Assembly (NCBI GenBank): GCA_039096225.1
Contig: JBBPEB010000025.1
Location: 62,001-126,000 of the forward strand
Length of the DNA stretch: 64,000 nucleotides
Direction: 5' to 3'
Source of the DNA: Blastocystis sp. Blastoise
Lineage: Eukaryota > Protista > Bigyra: Opalinata
The position numbers were made by a program, and so were the translations under genes. Position 1 is the stretch's first letter. Each line of letters starts with the position of its first letter. Below are positions 31,066 through 64,000 of the stretch, in pieces. A model generated the notes under the pieces. The model saw nothing but the letters and a program-made list of their open reading frames with translations. It was not told where the DNA came from and did not search any database.

Positions 31066-31524
31066 ATTTGTCAGAAACTTTTTATTGATACATTTTATGA
31101 AGTCTTTAATGGAAGGTTAGAAAGAAATTATTGTATGGAGATGACAACTATAATGACTTGTATAAAGTCTTCTGTGACACGATTATGGTCTATTACGTCC
31201 CTAGCTAATTATGTGAAAGAAAAATTTCCTGAATCATTTGAAATTTATAAAGAAACTATTAATCTATGTTTAACTATTAACCCTACAAGCATCAAGAGTG
31301 AAACTTCTTTCAGTATGCTTAGAAGAGTAAAAGATTGCTTTCAAACTCGTATGAAAGGTGCACTTCTGCAATCATATATGACTTGTACATGCAATAAAGA
31401 CCTACTATCATCAATAGAATCATCTACAGTCGTCGAAAAATATATGAAACAACTAAATTTACCTTCTTTAAGTAATTCAATTATCAATAAAGTGTTGAAG
31501 ACTGAGATTATTTACAATTCGTAG
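31066..31524 (+). pseudogene. hAT transposase, 3' part (C-terminal dimerisation domain with catalytic E)
   Basis: FPESFEIYK...LTINPTSIKSETSFSMLRRVKDCFQTRM corresponds to the hATC P.TS...ER.FS motif; in frame with the sequence left of the insertion. Confidence 0.85.
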
Positions 31525-32277
31525 CTCTCGAATATAATCAACAGCTTTTAAATTAGATATATTCTTATTATTGCGTATTTGATAAGTTATTACTATATGT
31601 ATGCATTTTTTTACAATTGTTTTATAAGCTGATTATAAAGTTTTTTATTAAATTATTTCTACTTATTATTTTTAATTTTTTTATCATATCTAATTGTTAT
31701 AATATTAAAATGATCATTTTAAATTAATATAACTATGCTTACTTGGAATAAAACTTGAAAGAACTCATTATCGAGTTATTTTTTTAAGTATACACTATTC
31801 ATTATTACAAATTATTCAGTAATTGATAAGCCATTTTTTATGTTGAATTATTAAAGAAACTAAGTGTCACCGAACATGCTAAAAGAAAAAAATCAACTCA
31901 ATAACTGAATAAAATAGCTCATATTCAATTTCAATATTCTAATACTAATAACCAATTTAAATATGTTTTCTTAAATTAAGAAATAATTTGTAGCGTAGAT
32001 ATCTTAAAACGATATAAATCATAACATATTAATTCTTATCATGAATTTACACAGGGAAGAACAAATACTACTATATATATATGACGACAGTAAATACAAT
32101 GAAAGTAATAAAGTAACATAATTAAAGATTTACAACATATATATATATATATATATAGTGTGAACACATTAATATTGTGTATATAAATATAAAAGTAGTT
32201 TAAATTTAAAAGAATATATATATGTATGTGATAGATAAGAGCAAAATAATTAAATATATATATATATATATATATGA

Positions 32278-32345
32278 TCATTAAACCAGGAGTTGAACCT
32301 GGAATAATCTATTGTGATTATCATCCACCAAATTGAGTTTAATGA
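32278..32345 (-). pseudogene. tRNA-like structure
   Basis: Minus strand: 8-bp outer stem TCATTAAA/TTTAATGA, perfect T-arm CCAGG-TTCAACT-CCTGG, ATAATC/GATTAT stem and D-loop-like CTCAATTTGGT. Geometry is non-canonical. Confidence 0.4.
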
Positions 32346-34503
32346 AAGAAATGAATACTATTATTAATAGAATTAGATTATAGATTATTAATAAATTAAG
32401 TATAATCAGTATGCTCGACATAATATATGTTTTTCATATATATTTAATTAAAAATAAAACAGACTTTTAAGAAATAATAATAATAATTGAAATAATAATA
32501 AATTCTACATAAACCTGCCAGCAACACTAACTCAAAATAATCTCAATTAAATCTATAATAATAAAAATAAGTATATATAAATGTAATATAGACAAAAACA
32601 ATGATTATAAATTAAAAAAAGAAAAAAAGAATAGATTAAGCAGACTATTCCAAGATAAAATACTATTATATCTATGATTATGGTAAACATTCTAAATATC
32701 GCGTAAATAGAAATATATAATTATGTTAGAGCTGATAAGAATTTAAAGAAATACAGTATAAACATAGAAGTAACTGAATGAGAGAAATAGAATTATTAGA
32801 CATGTTTTTAATAAATATATAAATAGAAAAAAAAATTAATATTTAGACAAATAGATAAAAGAAATAAATGAAAAGTTATGAATAGAGCATAATGTAAGCA
32901 CATTGATAATAACAACAAACAACAAAAAATACGAAAAATAAAACATTAAAAGATAATACATATATACTTTAACAATATGAAAATATAAGAAACACAGTAC
33001 TCAATTCTTGGTAATCCCACTAAGCAAGTTTCAAAAGCACGTCTTTGTCAAAAGCTGAATAATGGAAGAACAGTACATCCGTTGAATAAGGACTGATTCA
33101 TAGTGTGATCAAAGTTTAAGTAGACAATTCATCAATGTCATCGATAATTTAAAAGCATTATATAGTAAACAGTGTATATTATAAATACATTTTTTTAGTG
33201 AATTATTGTTTTATTAAACAGAAGCTGGAAGTTTTCTTATTTGATGTGCTTGATTGCATTAAATTACCGTAATTTAAAACATAATCAAAGGAAAAAAAAG
33301 AAAAAAATCATAATTTAGATCCTTGAAAAAAACAATCATTTCAGACTATTATTTTATGTTATGTTCTTATTATCTTTGACAGGTAGCCTCTAATACGCTT
33401 ATTTGAATTGTGGGATCAATTAAAAATTAAATAGTGTTGACTATTTGTTGTATCGTATTCAAGAAACTAGTTTTTTGTTGTGAGATATCATTGTATCATG
33501 TTGTTTACAAGTAGTAGATGCTATGAAACTATACCAACGATTAAGGGTTGATTATTAAGTGTTTTTCTTTCTAATTAGCAATGTAATGCTACTTATACAT
33601 GTAAATGTGTGATCTCAATTAAATATCTTTCTTATTTCAATATATAATTGTAGTAGTGTTGTGTATTACATAAAGTCAAAATATCGTCTATTACTCCTTT
33701 TTTAAATTTTCAGACATATTAAGCATGGATTAAAAAGTGTCACCTAAAAGTCGTGGCAATTGTCACAAAAGTCAGGGAAGACATTGAACACTTCAAAATA
33801 GCAAAAAAACAATAAAATCATTAACAATTTATTTTCAAGACTTTTTGAATTCATATTTTTTTACTTACAACTCTATATTCTGATAGAAATAATTTTTATT
33901 AGTCTTTATATATTAGCATTCGATCTAGATACAAAAATGCTTTATATTCAAATAAAATGTTTACACAATTTCAAAATTTATGATTTGAATTTGTTTTATT
34001 TATTCTTGCATACATTCTAAGATAATGTATACTCATAGGATATTTTTATAATTGTTAAATAGAGGAATTGAATCCACTCGGTGTTCACTTTGTTTGTTAA
34101 CACATATTTTAATTGTCATCCATATACTTTTCATTATATAAATATATATATTATGGCTGGAAAATTTATTATGTCCCAATATACAAGGAAATCTCATAAT
34201 TGAAAAGACCACAAAACTCTTCTTAGCTCTTCTTTTTATTTACTTAAACAACTATCTATCTGATAAATATCAAAAAATATAAAAACAAATAAAACTTCGT
34301 CTTTAGAAATCTAAAAATTCGTTTGACGAAAAAGAATCAAAATTAAAAATAATTATGACTCATTATCGATGAGAGAACCATGAATATATAAAAAAACATT
34401 AATTCTGTTCCAAAAAAAACGAAGATTTTCTTTTATTATACTACGATGAACTATGTGAGATTCTGTCAATTAATATTTAATTTAGAGAATAAATTATACT
34501 GCA

Positions 34504-56026
<21,523 letters not shown>

Positions 56027-56040
56027 TAATTTTTATTAGG

Positions 56041-56200
<160 letters not shown>

Positions 56201-57303
56201 TAGCTATGATTTATTCATTATATACAAATAAGAACTTTTTTATTTTTGAAAACAAAAATATATCTATATATTTTGTTAATTATTAGAAATGTTGTTAATT
56301 AAATATTATATACAAGCTGTTTTGCTAGTTTGTTTTCTCCTTATAATTAAGATCATAATCATTTTTTAAAAGTAAGTTTGATCATAGATTTCAAAGAGGA
56401 AAAGATAATTATTGCATTTTATAATAGTATTTTACAATTTTATGAATAATTTACTATTAAACTACTGCTAGTAAATAGAAACAGGATAGTATCATTAAGA
56501 AAAAGAAATATTTCGATGACAATTAGAAGATATAATTAATTTTCATTTTGTATTGATGTCCTCTTGATGCTGTTTATAGCCTATAACTAATATTTCCACA
56601 CTTTATTTTCTTTAAACGATATATAATAAATAGAATTCACAAAAAATGATTTCTCTTAATTAAAATACTTTTTACCGGTCATTAACAAGAAATAAACAGG
56701 ATTATATTTAGAAATATAAATAATGAAGAATATTCTACATTATGACTATTTAATTGTTAAAGATATTATGTATAGTCATACAGGGCTTGCTTTAACACAA
56801 GTTAATATAATCCTGATAATTTCAAACATAATTCAAAAATTTCTTTGCAATAATTAGGTATAATTAATGAGTTTTTTGTTTATTTATATTTCCAGGTACT
56901 TTTTTTATTATTTATAGTATATCATAATAACAGTAAAATGAATTTTTATTCACATTTATTATTCTCTATTAATTTTAGAAGCTAGTTGCTTTATCTTTCA
57001 GATAATCAGATTCTGTAGTAATTATACATTGATTTATAAATTCCACAGAAAAACAGAAAAGAACAGTATTCATAGTATCTCCATAAGTAATTATATTCAA
57101 TTCGTTAAAATGGTTGTATCTCACTATTATGAGTCTGATAATAAGAATAAACTATATTCTACGTTTATCACAAGCAACAAATAAAATCTTCGTTTGAGAT
57201 TCTTCTGTATAAATCATTTTTAATATTTTGATTCTCTAAATTTTATCATCAGGCAACATTTTGGCATCTGATATTAATATTTTTTACAAATTTCTTCAAG
57301 AAA

Positions 57304-60300
57304 ATGAGAAGAAGTGTCAATCGATATACCTATGACTCTGTGTCTAGGTCATTTTCTGCTGATTCAGAGAGTACAAGGATCACTATTGTAGATGATCAGA
57401 CCTATGAACTACAAACTGAAGATAATCAACATAAAATAGTACGAATGGAGGTAGATAATGCATTACATTACTTATATTCTGAAGAACATCCAAAAAGAGT
57501 GATGAAATCTAGGAATTCCATGGAGTCTTTTGATTGTGATTCGTGTTCCTATTCAACAACATCCAGTTCAATATCAAAATCAATATCAAAAGACCGTTCT
57601 CGTTATTCCAAAGAATCTATTGATGTATATAATTGTGTTTTCTTTTCTTTTTTTCAATTCATTTTAATCATTATTTTTTATTATTATGTTATACTTATAG
57701 TATTAAATTTAATAATCATTTTTCATATATATATATATATATTTATATATATAATTAGTTTCAAGGTCGATCTAAATCTCAAAGTCTTTCCAATAATGAA
57801 GACAGTCAAGAGAAAGAAATACATGAAGAACCTTTTCGTAATATATTATATGAAAAAGAATGGAGAAAAGCAACTTCTGATACAGAATATATGCCTTATT
57901 TTGGAGGTATGTTACTTATTATATAGAGTATAATATATATATATTAGATCAAATGCTATTTAATGATCCTGATTTCGGTATATTATTATACCCTGAACGA
58001 AAAAACCCAAAGGTAACTATATATAGTCATATTATATATATATAGGTTATAATATCTGTTACTATTTTTAATGAGACATATACTGAATTAAATGATTCGC
58101 TACGAGGAATAGCAGGTATATATATATAATTATCATACATATATTCTTATTATATATTATATATTATATATTATATATAGATAATATAGAGAATCTTCCA
58201 GAGTATAGTTATGGTCTTACTGCTGATGATATTATTGTTATTGTCATTTTTGATGGTCGCGAGAAAGTTCATCCCTCTATATTTGAAGTAATTATATATA
58301 ATAATAATAATATTTATTATAACATAGTATTTTACATAACTATATATATATATATAGAGGAGAATTGATGATAAACATTATTTAACTGAAGAAGATTTCC
58401 AATTAATGGATGACGCACTAAGCCAAAGTAAACGTCTTGAAACGGCATGGGAACACTATAAACCTATTCTTCAAAAACAATATACAGATCGTGAAATTAT
58501 AAATATGACTAAAAAACTTCCCACGGTTCAAATGCATATATCTGTTTTTCTTCTTTATATATATATTTTTATTTATTTATTTTTTTATTTATTTTTATTT
58601 TTATATTTTATTTTTATTTTTTATTTTATATTTTTCTTTAATAATATACTTATTTAAATGTTTTCGACGTATTCCTAAGGGATCAGTAGGAAATGAATCA
58701 TTTTATTCTCCTTTCGATATCCTCTTTGCAATTAAAGTATATATATATATATATATATATTACTCTTAATTCTATTGTCATTTAATGTTATTTATCATAA
58801 TTTATATATTTATATATTTTATATATTACTATTATAGGAACATAACCGCGGTAAATTGAGTAGTCACTTTTGGATTTTACGAGTTTTTTGTCGTCAATTG
58901 GATCCTGATTATGTGACTTTGTTAGATGTAGGAACAAAAGTATATATATAATATTCATATATATTGTTTTATATTTTATTATTTTATATTATATTTGTAG
59001 TATTTATTACTATTTTAAATACTTATATATATAGCCAATGAAAACTTCATTAATTCAATTATTTAATGAAATGGACGAAAACCCTCAAATTGGAGGATGT
59101 TGTGGAGAAATTACAGTATATAACATAATATATAATATATAACATATAATAATTTAATAATATATTATATACTATTTTCTATTATATACTATTATATATT
59201 ATATATTATAATATATTATAATATATAGTATATAATAATATATAATAGAAAATAGTATAAAATAGTATTATAATATATATAGGCATCAGACGCTCCTAAG
59301 ACATCGCCGGTAATGGCTGCGCAGTTCTTTGAGTATAAAGTGAGTCACTTCTTAGAGAAGGCGATGGAGTCTGTATTTGGGTATGTTTCTGTACTTCCTG
59401 GAGCATTCTCGGCATATAGATATGAAGCACTTCAAGTATATATACAATACTATTATTTCTATATAGCATATCGTTTTATTTATTACTTTTATTTTTTATA
59501 TTTTATATATTTAATATATTCTAATATATTATATATTGTATATTTCATATTCCTTTGTAAAATGAATATAAACTACTATTTCTATTATATAGGGTACTCC
59601 ATTAGATAAATACTTTTTACTTGAAGATGAGCAGAATAGACTATCTGTCGATCCATTTAGCGCAAATATGTATTTAGCTGAAGACAGAATTATGGGCTTT
59701 GAAATGCTTGTGAAGAAAGACAGAGCGTATACACTTCATTTCAGTATATATTATTATTATTTATTATTTATTATTTATTATTTATTATTTATTATTTATT
59801 ATTTATTATTTATTATTTATTATTTATTATTTATTATTTATTATTTATTATTTATTTATTATTTATTATTTATTATTTATTATTTATTATTTATTTATTA
59901 TTTATTATTTATTATTTATTATTTATTATTTATTATTTATTATTTATTATTTATTTATTATTTATTATTTATTATTTATTATTTATTTATTATTTATTAT
60001 TTATTATTTATTATTTATTATTTATTATTTATTATTTATTATTTATTATTTTTCTCTTTCATTATTTCGAGTATATATGATATTCTCTAGTAAGCACAGC
60101 TTTAGCAACTACTGATATTCCATCGACATTAAATATACTTATAAGACAACGTAGAAGATGGTTAAATGGATCCTTCTTTGCAAGTATATATATATATATA
60201 TATGTTATAAATAATATATCTCTTTTTCTTCTATATATATATACACTTATAGGTTTATATGCTATAAAGGAATGGCCTCGTCTATATACTGAAAGTGGTC

Positions 60301-61676
60301 ACTCGTTTTTTCGCAAAATATTATTGTCATGTCAACTTTTCTATTTTGTTATTAATACAGGTATAACTATTTGTATCACTTTTTAAAGTAATTATATTCT
60401 ATTATTGATCCATTTATAATATATATATTATGGACCTATTATTGATTTTTCTAATCTATTAATAATCAACTTTTTATCTATTAATAATCAACTTTTAATC
60501 TATTAATAATAAATTATTAATCACATTTTTATCTATTAATAATCTCTCTATAGGTATGACAGTTATGCAAATGGCCAATGTATTTCTTACGTTTGCTGTT
60601 GTCATCCAATCATCTTTTCAGAATTTCTCTGAATTAGCTGTTTTTATTCTTGATTCTATATATCTTTGTGTTACAGGATTACAAGTATATTTATATTAAT
60701 AGTGGTTTCTATGTTCATATTATTATTATTATTAATATTATTATTATTATTACTATTAGTAATAGTAATAGTCGTATTAATATATTTAATATATTTAATA
60801 TATTTAATATATTTAATATATTTAATATATTTAATATATTTAATATATATATAGTTTGTATATGCCCTTGGGAATGATCCCCGTGATAATCGTGAAGTAT
60901 ACCGTTTATCATATATTGTTTATGGATGTCTCTCTTTACTCTCTCTTGTTCGTATATATATATATTTATTAACCATATATATATAATAATATTTATCAAT
61001 AATAATAATTCTATAAATAAACTTATTTATAACTCTATATATATAATATTATTAATATAATAACAATAATAATAATATTTCATCTATTTTCTTCTTCTTT
61101 TAGTAACATTTACAAGTATCGAAAACTTTAGTCTTTATATCTTGATCTCTGCAGCTACTTCCATTTTCGTTATTCTTTTTGGAGCTATTATTCACGGGGA
61201 ACTGTTCACAATTCTTCCCTGTATTATTCAATATATGTATGTTTTTATATTTCTTTTATATATACATATTATAACTTTTTGAAAATCAATATTAATATGA
61301 ATAATATTCCAAATAGATATATTATTACTTTAATTATTATAACTATATTTATTCATATATAAGGTTTATGCTACCAACATTTATGAATATTTTTATTATT
61401 TATTCATTTTGTAACGTCGATGATGTGTCATGGGGGACGCGTGACTCGTCACTCATTCAAAACTCACAACAAATCAAAGACGTTGAAATCAAGTATTTTT
61501 ATTATGTTTAATAAATTATATATATTCTTCTTTATATTCATTTATATATATTGATACATAATATAAGTATATGTGTATTAAAAGTATATATAAAAATATA
61601 GATATAAACAATTCCGTTCTAAGATTGTTTTATTTTGGGCAGCTTTAAATTGGATTTATGTTGGATATATTATGGT

Positions 61677-61723
<47 letters not shown>

Positions 61724-63189
61724 TTATATAATGTATATAGTTTGAAGATTATGATTTATACAGTTCGTTGTTGATGATGATTATTACTGTTTTATTCTCC
61801 TATAGATTGGTAGGAAGTATCTTATATCAATTAATTCGTTTATATAAATGGTATAAGAAATATCACAGTAAAAGTAATAGAAGTAAATTATTTATAAGAC
61901 CTATTGATGATCCTAATCAGTATATATATAGTATTATGTTTATATATATTTATTTTCTCTTTACTATTAATTGTATTATCTACATATATGATACTATTAT
62001 TATATAGAGAGAGTCTTCGTAAATACGACGATACAGAAGAGAAGAAGCGACTGTTAGTAGAATTGGCGAAAGTCATGCCTGAACATGATCATTATATTCC
62101 TATTTATATGGTATATATATAAACTTGTTTATATAACATTTTTAATAATAATAATAATAATAATATATATATATAGAATATGATAGAAACAATTGATATA
62201 GATATTATATATGATTTTATATTTCATACCTATGCTACATGGATTGTTCATAATGACACACCTTCCGTCAGTACCAATAATTCTGAATTAACACTTAGTT
62301 TTGACGATTCTATGGAGAATTCTATATCACGTGAGTGTGTCAGTGCTGAGATTATTCAAGAGAAAAAAGAACATTCGAAATCTATAGAAGATATAGTAAT
62401 GTATTTAGGTAGAAGTGATTTTGAAAGATTAGTTATTGAATTATGTTATTTAAAGAATAAAAGCAGATGCAGTACGCTTGCAAATAGAATGTTTGACAGA
62501 GTATATATAATTTATTATTTATTATTTATATTATTATTTATATTATTATTTATTATTTATTATTTATTATTTATTATTTATTATTTATTATTTATTTATT
62601 ATTTATTATTTATTATTTATTATTTATTATTTATTTATTATTTATTATTTATTATTTATTATTTATTATTTATTATTTATTATTATTTATTTATTATTTA
62701 TTATTTATTATTTATTATTTATTATTTATTATTTATATTATTTATTATTTATTATTTATTTATTATTTATTATTTATTATTTATTATTTATTATTTATTA
62801 TTTATTATTTATTATTTATTATTTATTATTTATTATTTATTATTTATTATTTATTTATTATTTATTATTATATATATATATAGAATGCTCGTGAAGTATC
62901 AGTAAGTAAAACTATATCGGGTCCTCGATCCTCTCTATTAATGCTTAATTATATGCAATTTATGAACTCCTTCTGTGAAATCATAAGAATGGAATATATT
63001 TATCCAAAAAACATGAGTATATACATATATTCAAAAATTTATATTATTCTATTCTAATTCTATATAAACATATCTATATCATATAGATTCGAAGTTAATT
63101 ATGAAGAAATTCATACAAGAGAATCTGTCATATTCACCTCCTCTTTTATCATTATTCAAAGAATTCTCGGAAGCATGGAAAACTTATAA
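57304..63189 (+). CDS. CHS: Host chitin synthase (multi-exon, GT2 family)
   Basis: Spliced motifs [68 protein letters not shown] (~60148) and DDVSWGTR; the 3' end is tentative. Confidence 0.9.
59748..60048. repeat. AT-rich (TTATTTATTAT-type) intronic tandem repeat; similar array at ~62510-62870
   Basis: Low-complexity repeat generating spurious YYLLFII ORFs. Confidence 0.85.
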
Positions 63190-63820
63190 TCATTAAATTA
63201 TTTTATTTTATTTTTGTGAACACTATTTCTTCTTTATTTTATTGTTTTATGTGATTTTAAAGTGTGATATATTCAGATATAAGATTATTTGCAAATTCTA
63301 TTTGTAAAAACACTGTTCTTCTTATAAACAACAAATATATACTATTGTTCTCAAAAAACAGTGAAAAACTTCATAAAGCACAAATATAGAATAAATAAAT
63401 AAAATAGTATATATCCTATGATCAATAACTTATAGAGAACAGTAGAAAATAAGTAAGACACAGAATAAAAGTCAATTATTCAAAAAAAAAAACATTAGTT
63501 TACCTATAATTTACTGTATTCATCATCATCAAGCTCTTTCTTAGTTCTATTCACCAATTTTAATATATAAATCAACAAAATAGTGTAATAATTAATTAAA
63601 TCGTCTTTGATTCTTTTACAAACATCATAAAAACATCAGTGATGACCCCAAATCAAATAATTCATATCGATAAAAAAATGATACCAATTTTAAATCCTTT
63701 AAACAGTTAAACAAATCAAAAAAAAAAGAAATTTTTTCATTCTAATTTTTCTCATTTCAAGTCTTTTTATTCCTCTATTTCCACTTCAGAAGCCTAACTC
63801 TAATATATCTGTATTCTATT

Positions 63821-64000
63821 ATGGATTCTGAATTTGATTCTAATTTATTTGAGGATATCCTACTCAACGATTCTCCTCAGTCTCCAGGTTTCTATCTTTA
63901 TTATTTTGTATTAAACAATTTACAATATTTCTAGATGACTTTTCAACAGAAATATTAGAATCATTTCCCATAACTGGTTCAGACTCGTTGTATGATATTG
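63821..64000 (+). CDS. 5' end of another host gene (partial, unknown)
   Basis: ATG GAT TCT GAA... acidic exon, GT..TAG intron, second exon running off the window. Confidence 0.35.

Larger units (their letters stand above)
1631..31524 (+). mobile_element. hAT-superfamily DNA transposon (gene extent only; termini not identified), interrupted by an endogenous virus
   Basis: hAT transposase motifs occur on both sides of the viral insertion. Short GT..AG introns lie in 1760-2650. Confidence 0.7.

Noticed and set aside
57304-63189. Chitin synthase or HECT ligase as viral or transposon cargo
   Set aside because: Both lie outside the TIRs and have host-type introns and microsatellites, so they appear to be ordinary host genes.

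Overview
AT-rich, intron-rich eukaryotic (protist-like) genomic DNA with three nested layers. (1) An apparently complete 25,332-bp endogenous Polinton-like virus (PLV) at 5732-31063. It has 762-bp terminal inverted repeats (TIRs), GC-rich ~120-nt terminal palindromes and a TA duplication. It encodes an A32-type packaging ATPase, two paralogous major capsid proteins, two minor-capsid-like proteins, an adenain-like protease, an AEP primase/SF3 helicase, an SSB-like protein and two tyrosine recombinases; no pPolB or rve integrase was recognised. (2) The virus sits inside a spliced hAT transposase gene, and removing it restores the reading frame exactly. (3) Host genes follow: a giant SPRY/WWE/UBA/HECT E3 ligase (~34504-56026) and a chitin synthase (~57304-63189). 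Two features are the most unusual. First, arrays of perfect heat-shock elements (alternating nGAAn) precede the replication genes, one recombinase and several small non-structural genes, but not the capsid module, suggesting a stress-inducible eukaryotic provirus. Second, a canonical -1 ribosomal frameshift signal (A_AAA_AAC, 7-nt spacer, stem-loop) would fuse a GxG-rich core precursor to the protease, as in retroviral gag-pro. Protein family calls are by motif recognition only; no database searches were run.
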